Shown here piece after piece: positions 16,211 to 31,385 of a stretch of 64,000 nucleotides of DNA (the stretch's first letter is position 1; each line of letters starts with the position of its first letter). Origin of the DNA: Eledone cirrhosa (Eukaryota); the NCBI GenBank assembly GCA_964016885.1, contig OZ024746.1:55738001-55802000 (forward strand). The letters run 5' to 3'. The notes under the pieces were generated by a model. The model was not told the DNA's origin. It saw only the letters and a program-made list of their open reading frames with translations, and did no database searches. The position numbers were made by a program, and so were the translations under genes.

Positions 16211-16465
16211 GATTAACAGCAGCAGCAGCAGCATTATTATTATTATTATTGAATGCCATGGTTGACGGAGGCTCGGCTCTGTAAGGTATAGTAATTTTTA
16301 ACCGTTAAAACAATTGTAAATTGTTTAAAACTTGAACCAAATTGTTGATAAAGACACCCTCCTCCTCGTGAGAGGGGTCTTTCTGTCCGTTATTTGGCCC
16401 TTCGGGGTTAAATAACCAGTTATTGTGGTTTTGTACCCAAAATTTCATTTTAAACAAAAAACAAC

Positions 16466-18551
16466 ATGGCTACGAAAAGGAAATTTCATACGTCACTCTC
16501 ACTCATTCCGTCTTCTTCTTCCTCAATCATCACTACAGCAGAGAGAAGATTGTCTCTCTCCCTCCCTTCTTTAAATGTGTCTCTCTCCCTCCCTTCTCTT
16601 TCGCAAGTGACGAAAGAAAAGAAAAGTCTCGTGCAAAGCGTGCAAGGTTTCTCCACGACGACGACGACAGCGACGAAACAGGTGTGCGGGAAATACGAAA
16701 ACCCAGTTCATTCGTCTGACGTCAGGAATAATAGCAGTAGCAGCCGTAATAACAACAGCAACAGTGACAATGAAAACAACAGTAGCAGCCGCAACAGCAT
16801 CACCAGCAGCATAAACAACAACAGCATTAGCAGCAGCAACACCAACAACAACCACAGCAACAGCGGCGGAGGCAGTAGTCGTAGTACCTGCAGCAACAAC
16901 AAAAGTACCAGCAGCTCTGACGACAACAACAACAGCAGAGATAAACCAATCTCATTTGCAGGTATTGCGAAAAACTTGGAAACAATCCTCATAACAAATG
17001 AGGAATTAGAGGAAGCGTAGAAGATGGTGACAAAGAACGGACACCGAGCAATCTGCAAGGCAGCGGAAACATTTTTCGAAACCCAAGAGCACTGTACGGT
17101 CACGTACCGTACAGTAAGTACAAAATCCCGTAGGGTGGAAAGAGCCACAGAGGCCCAAACACAAAAAGCCTTGGGGTCTGTGTGGCAGCGGAAAACGCAC
17201 ATCACCCGAGGCAAAAAATATGCCACCGTAGACGTACTTTTTGCCACACCCCAGGAGGCAAAGGCCCAATCAGTAGTGACCCTAAGGAGCGAGGAAATGG
17301 TGTTGGTGCCCTCCTACAGCGGGCAAAAAATTGTGAGGGTCAAACTGACCCACGTCCCCCCCGGAATGACCCCTTCTTGGCTGGCCGCGTCTGTCCTCGT
17401 CGGAATCGAGGACAAAACAACTGTACTGCAAGTACAGAAAAAAGTAAGAGAAGATTGGGTCGGCTCCTCCATTGAGATGCTAATCCAAACCAACCAGGAG
17501 TGCATCGAAGCTATCCCGGATGTGATAGACTTCGATAACGGCACTCAACTGCCCATAAGTGTTGAGGGCAAACGCCCGAAATGCTTTCGCTGTGGATCGA
17601 AGACTCACCTCAGGGCCTTCTGCAACGAGAAGACCCTGAGAAAGGAGAAAACCCCTCTCCTTCCGAATCCGGCTCCACGGCTACCAGCAACAGGACAAGC
17701 GGCAACCAGGAACGATAGGTCCGTGGCACCCACGGAAATCAAAAACAGCAGCAGCAGTGGAAATATTAACAACAACAACAGCAATACCAAATGCAGCTGC
17801 AACAGAGACTCCAGTGCAAACATCACCAACAACAACAAGTGAAAGAGTGGAGCTGGTACCCCTCCCCGACCTCACAGAATCAGACATGGAGTGTGAGGTG
17901 GGAGAGGGATGGCAAAAGGTCGCAAGAAGGCACAAACGCAGAAGCAGTGCATCGTCGCCTTTGAAAAGGGAGGAAAGAAATGAGAAAAGGGTAAAATCTA
18001 CTGCAAAGAGACCCACAGCAGCAACACCACCAACACCATCACCACCCACACCAGCACCACCATCACCACCGGCGACAACCCCACCGCCAACAACACCTTC
18101 AACACCACCACCACAAGCACCAACATCGCAAACACAACAACAAAACACACACACCCAGCAACAACGACAAGAAAATAGCAGAACCACACCCCACCCCCAG
18201 AAAAACAAATGCACGGCAATAAACACACACAACAATAAACTAATGACTTACATAATTGAACACACAGACATTTCACAACAGGACTACATAATACCAGCAC
18301 CAATCAAAACGCCAACTAACATAAGACTGCTAAAAATAGCACAGAAACAATACACAAACATTAAAACGAAATTCCCCAACGCAGTTGGTGATTTCAGGGA
18401 CCTAGGAGGAACCATCAATCGAAGAGTATATTCAGACATTCTCTTAGAAGAGCCGACGACCAGCCGAAGGGACGATTCAACGGTCCCTTCACCAGACGAT
18501 CAAGTGAAAAGGGATGTAAAAACCATCCCTCCTCTACCAAAAGTACGGTAA
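16466..18551 (+). pseudogene. LINE ORF1 (gag-like zinc-knuckle protein); in-frame TAG at 17018-17020 and a frameshift near 17760-17840
   Basis: 16466 and 17024 are in the same frame. CFRCGSKTHLRAFC is a CX2CX4HX4C knuckle, followed by GWQKVARRHKRR and a Pro/Thr-rich tract. Confidence 0.8.
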
Positions 18552-18586
18552 GTGGTCTTTCCCATCTTTTCCACTCTATTTTAAAC

Positions 18587-21500
18587 ATGACCTCACTCAG
18601 AATAGGCAGCATAAATGCGCGTGGCTTGGGGTCGTCATGGAAGCAGGGTCACCTGCTCAACGACCTCAGGTCACTAAACATAGATGTAGTGGCCATCAGC
18701 GAGACCAGAATCTCCGAAGCACGGGCCTTCGCACCGATCTTCGGCGGCTACGATGTATACGCATCTCCCAGCCGTCCTGGATCGGGTGGAGGAGTTGCTG
18801 TGCTTTTTCGGAGAGGTTTGGATCTCGCCATTCGGGCCATCTTCCTGGTCCCAGAGGGTAAGCTGGTAGTGCTGGACGTGACCAGCGGAGACGGGCAGGC
18901 TTTCAGGCTAGTGGCCGTCTATGCCCCGACAGGAGCAGGGCGGCCTGATTTCTTCCGGCGTCTGGAGACCTTTCTTGGAACGTCCCGCTCTTTAGTGTTA
19001 GTGGGCGACTGGAACGGGATCTTAGATGCACGCTGGGACTGTGTGGGATTAGCGGATAGGGGTGGAGGGTGCAAGAGCCTCAGCAACCTGCTCAGGCGTT
19101 TTGAACTGTCTGACAGGTACCGATTGGATTTCCCGAATGTGCCAATGTGGACTTGGACAAACCGCATAGGGTCATCCAGATCATATCTAGATAGAGTATT
19201 TTGTAGGGAAATAGATAGGTCTAGCATAGGCTGTCCACAATTCAAGATAGTCAGCTACACGGACCACAAATTCGTGACCTGTGTGCTTGACTTAGATAGG
19301 CTTCATAGACGAGGACCCGGCTACTGGAAGCTAAACGCGTCCTTACCAGCGCGCAAGGCCTACAGAGACCGGATTAGCGAACTAGTTAAGCGGGCGTTGA
19401 CGGGGGCCATCGTCAACAACAAGTGGTGGTTTGCTCTGAAAAGAGCGATTAGAATAGAATCGATTAGGTTTAGTAAGGCTTTAGCAATAGAGAAAAATAG
19501 AGCAGAGGGAGAACTAGTTAGAAAATTAGACGAGGCGCTTAGCTAAGGCATTGCGACCGACGTGCTTGCGGCGAAATTGGCCCTTGACCAATTCTTCAAT
19601 GCAAAGCACGAAGGCTGCGTTGTCAGAGCTAGGGTGCGTGCTCTCAGACACGAGGGGACGAAAGCCGTTCAATGGGGCCGAGTGGCGGAGGCGCGTCGTG
19701 GCAACAAAGCCACGATCCGGGCTTTGGTGGACCACGACGGGCGCATGCTACTCGATCCCGGGCAAATGTGTGAAGCTTTTCAGCGACACTTCGATCAGCT
19801 GTTCGGGGGCAGCGGGGGCCGGGTAGAGGGATGGACTTTAGTGTCTACCTCGACGGACTGCCGCGGCTCTCGGCCACTGAGGCGAAGTGTTGCGAAAAGC
19901 CGATAACAGCCGCTGAAGTACGGGAGGCAATGACTGGCTGCACAACGGGTAAATCGCCTGGTTTGGATGGTCTGCCCTATGAACTTTACGTACAGATGCC
20001 AGACTTGTTCGGAGGCCTCTTGGCGGACGTCTACTGCAACTGGCAACAGAACGGGAGAATTCCCAGTTCTGTGAGCCGAGGAGCGGTGGCACTGCTGAGA
20101 AAGGATCCGAACAAGGGGGATAACATAGACAATTTCCGGCCCATAACTCTGCTAAACACAGAGTTCAAGATTTTGGCCAAGGTGCTAGCAAAGAGGTTGG
20201 CGCTTGTCGTTGGTGGTCTGGTGGGAGAGGCGCAGACATGCGCCATTCCCGACAGATCCATCCACGACAACCTCCACCTCATGCTATACATCATAGAGAG
20301 GGTAGCTAAGGAACCTGGCACGGGTGGGTCCTTGATCAATTTAGATCAGTCGAAAGCTTTCGATAGGGTCGACCATCGTTACCTTGCGGCAGTCCTGAGG
20401 GCGGCTGGCTTTGGGCCCGTCTTCAGAGGCTGGATCGCTGCCATGCACAGCGACATCTGCTCTGTGGTGAGAGTGAACGGTCACCTGTCGGAACCGTTCA
20501 ACATCATGCGCTCGGTCCGCCAAGGATGTCCCCTTTCGTCCCTCTTGTACGTATTGACTCTCGAGCCATTACTGCACAAACTGGAGACGTTGAGGGGAGT
20601 CCCGCGCGAACTAGGATGCGGAAGATCCGTGTCAGCATATGCAGACGATGTCACCGTAGTGGTGTCGAACGCCAAACACATCGAGGCGATCGGCACTACA
20701 CTAAGAGAATACGAAGCGGTGACAGGAGCAATGATCAACCAGGAAAAGTCGGTGGGCCTGCAGCTCGGCACCTGGAGAGGCAGGTCCATGCCGTCCAACA
20801 GCGTCGTCGGGCGCTGGACGGACGGACCGGTTAAATTGCTAGGGGTCTGGTTCGGTCCGGACCTCCAGACGGACAAAAACTGGGACGAGGTGACGAGCAG
20901 GGTGGCTTCTCTCACCCAGAAATGGGCCGAGAGGAAGCTATCCCTGAAAGGTCGAGCGGAGGTGGCTAACGCGTACATCGCGTCTGTCATCTGCTACCGC
21001 CTAACCGTCGTACCTTGTCCTAAGCCTCGCCTGACTGCGCTGGAGCGTTTGCTCTTTCGCTTTTTGTGGAAGGGACGTGCTCCGATGGTCAGGCGGTCCA
21101 TCTGTTGTCAACACCCGCTACGTGGAGGGCTGGGCATGCCGTGGCTGATGATGCGCAGGCACGCGCTCAGGCTACGACATCTCCACCTTTTCCTCGACGG
21201 TGATCAGGTGTGGTCGCCGTTTGCTAGACGCGTTTTTCCCCAGCTCGTTTCCTTGACGGAGCTGCAGTCCTGGGTCAAGCGAAGACCGAGAGGGAGCGCC
21301 TGGAGACTGGAATGTCTTCAGGCGCTCACAGCCCTCGACCAATCGGGCAATGTGATCGGTGGAAACTCCACCTCGGCGTTCTATAGAGGATTAGTGGAGG
21401 GGAAGAGCGATGACGTACTTGGGGAAACTCTAGGCGTCGACGAAAATCAACTAGCCAATCTCTTCGGAAGAATTTCGGGCCAGGGCCTATGGACAACTTC

Positions 21501-22004
21501 CAGAAATCTCTGGCCTGGCAGTGCTACCGAGGAGCCTTGCCAGTTCGGGATAAACTCTACAGGCATGGAGGTGCCGTCAGCCGGGCATGTCCGAGATGCG
21601 CGCAGGGCGACGAAACCGTCCTGCACGCACTCGTCCAGTGTCCGAAAATTGCTGACTTGTGGGTTTATGTCGAACACCTGCTGTCGCGTTTAGGACGGAT
21701 CCGGCTATCATCTGAGTCCATCGTGAGGATTGCCCCGCCCTCCTCCTTTAGCCGGGAAGGGCAGGCAGTTTTTATCTGTCTGGTGGCCATGGCGAAAGAG
21801 ATAGTATGGTGGACACGTTTGAAAGGGCTGAAGACGAGCACTTACCTCTTCGGTGATGCTCTGATTGACTTTTTCAAATTTCATTTGAAAAGGAAAATCA
21901 GAGTAGAGAGGGAAGTGCTCTCTTCCCAGCATTTTATTGAAAGATGGGTGAGAGAAGCAAGAATGGCCCGAGTGAATGGGCCTACTCTGAGTATATATCT
22001 GTAA
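18587..22004 (+). pseudogene. LINE ORF2: AP-endonuclease + reverse transcriptase + C-terminal Cys/His region; stop at 19544 and frameshifts near 19826 and 21480
   Basis: IGSINARGL, AISETR, VYAP, VGDWN, SYLDRVF, TDHK, GYWKLN (APE, Tx1/L1 type); KSPGLDG, NFRPITLLN, DQSKAFDRV, VRQGCPLS, YADD; CPRC..ETVLHALVQC. Confidence 0.95.
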
Positions 22005-22267
22005 ATTAAAGGTGGAAAACTGGGAGAGGGCACTTGCCTTGGTGGTCAGGGTCATTGTGGCTTTTTACTGGGCTTTCTCCACAAATGTCCCTCCGAAGTC
22101 TCCCCCCTATTGGGGAATTTTTCATTGTTATTTTCATTGTTATTTTTGTTACATCCTCTGTTTTTGTTTTTTTTACACGCAGAAATGCCCATTTGTACCG
22201 TCCTGCATTGTCCTGCACTGTCCTTAATGTCTACTTTATGTAAACCCTTGTGGTTAATAAAGAAATC

Positions 22268-22272
22268 ATTAT

Positions 22273-22321
<49 letters not shown>

Positions 22322-22540
22322 CGTAGTAGTAGTATTAGTAGTAGTGTCGGTGGTGGTCGTAGTAGTAGTAAGAGTATTAGTAGTAGAGTAGCATCAGCAG
22401 CAGTAGCAGCAGCAGTAAAAATATTGTTGCTGATGATGATGGTAGTGGTGGTGTAAGTGATGATGACGACGATGACGATCATCATTATGTCCATCGTCAC
22501 TATCATCATCACCATCATCATCATCATCATCATCATCATC
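22268..22540. repeat. (AGT)n/(GAT)n/(CAT)n trinucleotide field
   Basis: Directly visible. Confidence 0.9.
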
Positions 22541-23184
22541 ATGGTAATTTTGAGAAAAGTGCTGAAATTGCATTGAGAAGGAGAGAAAAGGAAGAATATA
22601 TAAAATGAAACAAATAAACCAAATATAGACATACATACACCCACCCACATCTATATATATATATACAAAAATAAATATATAAAACACGAATTAAGTTAGT
22701 ATCAATTTTATTTTTAGTAGATTTTTCTGCTTGGAAATAGAGATGGATGAATTTTAAATGTGGACGCAAACAAGTTAATAAAAGAAATGGTTATTTTAAG
22801 TTTCTTAGACTAATTAGGTCTTAGAGAGATTGGTTTTCAATTCTAATTGAGTTCCGTTATCCTACCTTAATTATTTTCTTCGCTGAAATGTTGCTCTTCT
22901 CCACCTCAGTGAAATAAGACGGAACAATCTTGATTTGTTGTTGAATAAATAAAAAAAAAAAAAAAATATCTTGGACACACATAAAGATTGGCTAGTTCAG
23001 ATAGAGTCATATAGAAAGTATCTGTATTGCTTTTTTTTTTCTATCTTATTACTAGGATTGCGACAGGCAGATTATAACAGCAATAAACATTCCAATGGTA
23101 AATATTTTTATTCAGATTTGATGATCGGTTCCTGCATTTATTAGATTTGACGAAATTCAAATTGTTAAAACCTCGAGGTAAAAT

Positions 23185-23370
23185 CTTCGACACTACACCT
23201 GATATCCCCCCTCTTTACACAGGCACACATGTATATCATGACTCATTCACTGTTCACTTTCCTGGCGTTTGTACATTATGCTATGTATTATATATGCACA
23301 TTTGATGATTTGTAGTGCCCCTCAGCACTATACACAGTAATTTCATTATTCATTATTCATTATTCATCAT
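23185..23370 (+). mobile_element. Probable LINE/SINE 3' end with stem-loop and (CATTATT)n tail
   Basis: Hairpin tagtgc-ccctca-gcacta followed by ttcattattcattattcattattcat. Confidence 0.4.
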
Positions 23371-24531
23371 ATCTAAAAGAAAAAAAAAAACAATTGGTTG
23401 GAAAGGTTCGGAAAGTTTCGCAGTTTGTAAGGATAGAGTTGTTCAATGAACGGAACGTTCAGTTGGTTTAACTGAAATGAAAGAGAGACATATTTATCTT
23501 TGAAACAATTATGAACATGATTCAGTACGACAAATAACATGTCAAGTCTACGTCTATGAATAACAAGTACAGTTTAAGTGATGAGCTTCCAAACAGTTTC
23601 CATCTTCCCAATTTCAATCACAAAACAAGAAGAGATCCGAAACAATGGTAAAAAATACTTGACAAATATTTCATGTGAAGTTTCACCACTCTTCTTATTA
23701 GTGTATTTCTGATTACTGTCGTCTAAGATTTATTGACTTTACTAAGACAGCCGAATTTGATATGAAAGAGATTTTTCCGTTATTTGTTGCAAGTTCATCA
23801 ACCACGTAGAAATTTACTAGATGGCTCATAGCGATATACACGTTATATATAATTAGATTCTCCTTTAATTAGCTACTTACGTAAGTTAGCTAGTTAGTTG
23901 ATAAAGAGAAACCAATAATTTATTTTAAATACTGACTTACTTTTCAACAATTAAATATTTATAGACTTAAAACAAAATAGCACAAAAAATGTCTGAATTA
24001 TTTTCGTACGTTATAAGATGCTAATTGCCCGCAACACACGCGAAAAAAATGATTGAATTTCATTCATAATTATAGGCAATATAGATATATTTCAGCATAA
24101 TATAAATAGTTTTCTTTTTTCCTATATTGCTTCATCCAATTCGGTTCACATTCACACGAAAATGTTATTAGTTAAACAACACCTCAAATGTTGAAATTAT
24201 TAACAAAGGGAAATAAATAAAATCTCGAGTTAAAACATGTTCATTATTAATTTAACAAATAAGGACGGTATTATATATTCTAATCTGTCTAAGATATGGT
24301 TAGCAGCTAACGTTAGTTATATTTAAATGTCGTAAACATGTATGTTAGTATTTGTTTCGCTGTGTGTATGTAGGTTAGTGGTTGTAGGCATTAAGCTATT
24401 TTCATGCGATTTCGATACTACTGGAATGAAAATGAATTTCAGTTTTACCTTTCTGAGTGGGGATTAAGAGCAGATGAGAAGAGAATTATCTCTTTCTTTA
24501 TCCCTGTGTTTGTTTTGTTTCCTTTATTAAC

Positions 24532-24573
<42 letters not shown>

Positions 24574-24581
<8 letters not shown>

Positions 24582-24860
24582 AAACAAGGATGATCGGTTA
24601 CTCCTTCATTACGTTTATGACGCACGTTTCGCCAATCATCAGCTCAAGGTTCGATCGGTATCGATCTAGCTCGAATCTGTAATCCACAGCTCGTCAGACC
24701 ACTTACATGAAATTACCATTGTAGGCGGTCTGATGAGCCGTGGATTATAGAGTCGGGCTAGATCGATACATATCAAACCTTGAGCTAATCAGTTGCGAAA
24801 CGCGCGTCACCAACCAATAAATGTAATGAAGGAGAAACCAATCGGCCTTGTTTTATTTTA
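24574..24860. mobile_element. Fold-back element with a long-stem-II hammerhead in each arm
   Basis: Two imperfectly complementary arms of ~135 bp. HHR cores at 24727-24811 (+) and 24616-24701 (-). (TA)n on the left. Confidence 0.8.
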
Positions 24861-25084
24861 CTATAATACACTCTGTCTAGCTCTACACCTCGACACAGAA
24901 GTGAACATAAACATCGAGTGCTCACAACATCTAAACAAAGAGAAGAGACATAATCACATATTATTGAATCGTAGCAGGGTTTAAAATATGTTTTATTATA
25001 CATAAACATTTCGGACGTACATACAAAATCACCTCTCACGTTTCACGTTGTATCAGGGTATAACTGGTGTTTATATATGTAATG

Positions 25085-26833
25085 AGAGCTCCATAGACCT
25101 CATCATGTACTCTCGTTACGTAGACAATATCAATATAGTTATAAGATCATCCCCACTAGAGAGCACTAATAAGTTTGATTTAGAACGTAGCACAATGGAA
25201 AGCATCCAGCAGATAGCTAATTCCATACACCAGAGTATAACTGTAACTATCGACTTGCCTTCCAAAAACTCTAACAATAGACTACTTGTATTAGACACGG
25301 AACTCTGGATTAACACTATAGACGAGAGAGACCAAATTCTCCACTCTCACTATGCTAAACCCATGGCCTCCAAATACCTGATACTCAAAAACTCAGCAAT
25401 GTCCAGTCGTGCTAAGTTTAATATTCTGATCGCAGATTTGGTACGAGTGATGAAGAATGTGTGCCGCATGTGCGACCCAACAGAAATGGAAAGACACATA
25501 CAACACTTCACCAACCGCATGCAGTTCTCTGGCTATAGTCAGAGTATACGAAGGCGCCGTGGAGAAGTATAATACACTCATAGAACTGGACATGAAAGGA
25601 ATTTGCCCATTATACAGGAGCAAATCATGGAATAGCTTAGATAGGGCTAGACATAAGATAGGGAAAGCCACCTCATGGTACGACAACCAGAGATACCACA
25701 GTGTCATGTTTGTGGACGCTACCCCTGAGGGAAATTAGCTAACCAGTGTAGAAAGGCCCTTAAAGATTAAAGTCGTAGAAAAGCCAGGAACCACCATAAA
25801 ATCCCTGATCAGCAAAACCTACCCTTTTAAGAAAACCCACTGTACTAATAGGAAATGTATCATATGTAAGGTAAACCCCGGATAAACTGTAAAACTAGAA
25901 ACGTAGTCTATAGCATAATATGTACAGAGGGTACTTGCAGAAACATGACAACATCATACATAGGCGAGACAGCTCGTAGCATAGGTGAAAGGATAGACCA
26001 ACACTGGAGGGAACTAAAAGGACGAAAAAACGGATCAGTACTATACAAACATGCCAGACAACAACACGACGTTAACATAGACAACATAGAAATTAGAATA
26101 ATATCTAAACATAGAAATGACCCAGCAGAAGGCAAATCAGAGAGACCAGTGAAATAGAACTTAGAAGGCCAAGACTAAACAGAAATAATGAATGGAATAA
26201 CAACAACACCCAAACAAACAACACTGACCTAAGAGAAGTATAAATAAATAAATAAATAGATAAAAAAATAAATAAATACATACACAAGCACAATAACAAC
26301 AAACGCATATAAACACACACTAGTAAAAATAGAATACATTAACCAATACACAGTCAACCAATCACGAACACACATCAAACATAACACTATTCACACATGC
26401 AAACGCATGCGCAAAGAAGACAAGATAAAATAAACAAACAAACAAATAAATAAATAAATATATAGGCAGACTAAATAAAAATGGCGTAGACATACAATAT
26501 AACGGGAGGAAACAATAGCACCACTGACGATGTTGCAGATGTGCAACGAAAGAACTTTGATAAACTATATATATGTGTTTGCGTCTATATTGTATCTGTA
26601 TTATTTTTGACCGTCGGTCAGTCAATGGCAACATTGAGGACCGAATAAATTAGATTACCGATTACCGATATAAAAGACACAGAAGCGAATTGCGAAAACC
26701 AACCAAACAGTGAATGTGTTCTGTTATTAATTCTGGCAATATTACACAAATATGACCCTCCCCAAGTATAACAATATTTGTTTCGACACACGATTCATAT
26801 AAAAAACCTCGCAAAACTAATTCATCGCCGTTA
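25085..26833 (+). mobile_element. 5'-truncated PLE (family A2) with complete 3' end
   Basis: IMYSRYVDNI, HSHYAKPMASK, YIGETARSIGERIDQH. 3' UTR has an HHR core at 26524-26560 and a tail ending at (TA)n. Confidence 0.92.
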
Positions 26834-27018
26834 TATATAATATAAATATATATATATATATAAACATGTGTGTGTGTATGTTTGTGTGTGTATATATATA
26901 TATAGAGAGAGAGAGATATGTACGTGTGTAGTGTATATCTATATATCTAGCTATATATCAATCTATCTATCTGTATATGTATATATATATATATATCTAT
27001 ATATGTATATATATAAAT

Positions 27019-27083
<65 letters not shown>

Positions 27084-27422
27084 CGTGTTTTGCAACGGGT
27101 CACTTTGTGGCTCAATGAAAAGTTAATAAATTAAATAATCAGAGCTATATATCATAAAACATATCTATAGAATCACCAGATAAAATATATACCATTTCCT
27201 CTCCCAATTAGCATAATTAACTAGATACAAAATCGAATAGACCAGGCTATAAGAATAAGGCTTCTATGAACAAATCTCCAACAAATAACCGAAACTAGCT
27301 CTTCGCGTCGGCTACGACGGAATATTTATCGAATATTTCGACAGCGTAATCGCCCAGATACAGTCAATTAAACAGAATTAGGTGTAAAATAAACTAGGAG
27401 AAAAGAGAATACACTTAATGAC

Positions 27423-27495
27423 CTCTACCATGGTTTCGTCCGCATTTTATGATTTCCAATATCTTCGGAAATTCGAGCATCGGACTCTTCAGGAG
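27423..27495 (-). ncRNA. Type I hammerhead ribozyme with extended stem II
   Basis: CUC-CUGAAGA-GUCCG[..AUUUCCGA agaua UUGGAAAU..]CGGAC-GAAA-CCAUGG-UA-GAG. Confidence 0.85.
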
Positions 27496-27695
27496 TTTGC
27501 TCTAATCTAGACAATACATTTTCCAAAGTGATCGCGCCAAGAATACATTCAAAAATGGCTAAGAATCGTGACGTAGCAGCGGTCAGGTTGGAAGGAGTGT
27601 GGTAGTGACTTCTAGCTGGTGGCCTTTTGCTAGAAAGCACAGCACAATACAGTCAAATTTGTATCTCAACCTAATGGGAGATTATTACATATAAA

Positions 27696-27737
<42 letters not shown>

Positions 27738-28107
27738 CATATACGTGTGGTTTGCAACGGGTCACTTTGTGGCTCAATGAAAAGTTAATAAATTAAATAA
27801 TCAGAGCGATATTTCATAAAACATGTCTATAGAATCACCAGATAAAATATATACCATTTCCTCTCCCAATTAGCATAATCAAACACACAAAATACCAATT
27901 AAACCAGGCTATAAGATTAAAAGGCACCTATGAAGAAGTAGTGGATAAATAAACGACACCCATCTATTCGCGGTCAACCACTAAAGAATATTTACCCAAC
28001 ATTTCAATACCACGTGGAAATGGATTAAATATACCGTCAACCATACATCTTTATGTATAAAATTAAAGTTTTAAAAGAAAAAATGCATATACACATACCA
28101 GGATTAC

Positions 28108-28189
28108 GTTTCCACCCCTTTGGGTTTCGTTCGCTTTCGGAAATATCCTATCAAGGATAAATTTTCGAGCTTCAAACTCATCAGGATAC
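28108..28189 (-). ncRNA. Diverged hammerhead with extended stem II (cleavage triplet appears to be GUG)
   Basis: GUAUC-CUGAUGA-GUUUG[..UAUCCU ugau AGGAUA..]CGAAC-GAAA-CCC aaag GGG-UG-GAAAC. Confidence 0.7.
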
Positions 28190-28784
28190 AAACTGAATGG
28201 GACAAAGATTTTTCTAAAATGATCCCCGCCGGAAACGAATTCAAAATGGCTAAGAACAGTGACGTGGCAGTGGTCAAGTCAGAGATAATGTGATTGATGC
28301 CTACGGGGAGTGGGCTGGTTGCTAGAAAGCGCAGCCCAATATTTCCCAAATTGCATCTCAACCTTATGGGAGATTATCAAATATAAAGTTATACATATAC
28401 ACAAACTAGACAAAGTCACAGATATATATGTTTTGGAAACCATTCACGGTGTGGCTCAATGATGAATTAATAAATTAAATAATCAGAGCAATATACTATA
28501 AAGTATGTCCATAGAAACATTTGATAATATATATTCACAATTTCCCCTCCCTATTAGCATAATCAACCACACAAAAAAACAATTAATCCAGGCTATAAGA
28601 TTAAAAGGCACCTATGAAGAAATAGTGGATAAATAAACGACAGCCGTCTCTTCACGGTCAACCGTTATAGAATATTTACCCAACATTTCAATAGCGCCTG
28701 GAAATGGATTAAATATACCGTCAACCATACACAATTAGGTATAAAATTAAAGTTAGAAGAAAAATGCATATACATATATATATA

Positions 28785-28831
<47 letters not shown>

Positions 28832-28939
28832 AATTAGTATATCTACTAACATATATATGCAGATGCATACCTATGCCAGCAAATATATAGGTTTTGTCTT
28901 AGTAACTTTGTGGTTCAATGCATGGGGATGCAGAACAAT

Positions 28940-29737
<798 letters not shown>

Positions 29738-29791
29738 CGTCCCATGGACTGAGTGCTCTCCTACTACGATTATTACCTTCCAGTTTTCTAC

Positions 29792-30174
<383 letters not shown>

Positions 30175-30180
<6 letters not shown>

Positions 30181-30680
30181 TAAAACATGTCTATAGAATC
30201 ACCAGATAAAATATATACTATTTCCTCTCCCAATTAGCATAACCAACCATATAAAAAATCGATTTGACCAATCTATAAGAATACAGGCTTCTATGAAGAA
30301 ATCTCCGACAAATAACCGAAATCAGCCCTTCGCGTCAGTTGCGACGGAATATTTATCGAGTATTTCGACAGCGTCTATGAATCGCCCAGATATACAGTCA
30401 ATTAAACAGAATCAGGTGTAAAATAAACTAGGAGAAAAGTGAACATATTTAGTTACCTCTACCATGGTTTCGTCCGCATTTTAAGATATCCGATAGCTTC
30501 GGACACCTAGAGCACCGGACTCTTCAGGAAGTTAGCTCAAATTTAGACAATAAATTTTCCAAAGTGACCGCGCCAATAATACATTCAAAAATGGCTAAGA
30601 ATCTTGACGTAGCAGCGGTCAGGTTAGAAGGAATGTGGTTAGTTGCTTACGGCTGGTGGCTTTTTGCTAGAAAGCGCAGC
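30175..30680 (-). mobile_element. Solo copy of the ~660 bp HHR monomer family, between (TA)n tracts
   Basis: Homologous to 27150-27643. Confidence 0.85.
30455..30532 (-). ncRNA. Type I hammerhead ribozyme with extended stem II
   Basis: ACUUC-CUGAAGA-GUCCG[..GGUGUCCGA agcua UCGGAUAUC..]CGGAC-GAAA-CCAUGG-UA-GAGGU. Confidence 0.88.
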
Positions 30681-30705
30681 ATATATATATATATATATGT
30701 GTGTG

Positions 30706-30811
<106 letters not shown>

Positions 30812-31152
30812 AAGGTATGTATAAGTGCATGTATGCATATGTTTGTCTGTGTATATATACATAAATGTGTGTGTGTGTATGTATGTATATTTGTATAAGT
30901 GCATATTTTTAGATATATGTATAAGTGTGGGAAGTATGTATGTGTGTTTGCGAATTAAGAATATATCTATAATTTGTAGGCATGTAGGTTTTATGCATGT
31001 CAAATTGAAATATTCAAAAATTTGTATTGCACATATCTACAGGTTTCGCTTTGTATGAACATGCATAGCTGAACACATTAGCTTATATGGGCAAATACAC
31101 GATCACATACATCTATATAGGAATATACACAATATCACACGTGTAGATCACG

Positions 31153-31222
<70 letters not shown>

Positions 31223-31354
31223 ATGAAAAACATAATTATATATATATATATATGTGTGCGTGTGTGTATGTGTGTATCGTATTGTTCTTATTAAACTGCC
31301 TTGTCTTTTGGGAAATGATATTCTCGTTACTAATTGCTGCTGCATTCACATTTT

Positions 31355-31385
<31 letters not shown>

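Larger units (their letters stand above)
16251..22267 (+). mobile_element. Near full-length Tx1/L1-clade non-LTR retrotransposon (~6.0 kb), disrupted
   Basis: ORF1 with CCHC knuckle, ORF2 with APE-RT-zinc region, T-rich 3' UTR and AATAAA near the end; flanked by (ATT)n and att(AGT)n. Confidence 0.93.
27080..28775 (-). mobile_element. Tandem array of ~660 bp non-coding HHR-bearing monomers (two complete units and one partial)
   Basis: Units start at ~27080, ~27740 and ~28425 with shared gtcactttgtggctcaatga...; HHRs at 27423-27495 and 28108-28189. Confidence 0.85.

Noticed and set aside
17018-19546. In-frame stops in the LINE ORFs as programmed readthrough or selenocysteine
   Set aside because: They are TAG and TAA (not TGA) and co-occur with frameshifts, so they are best read as ordinary decay.
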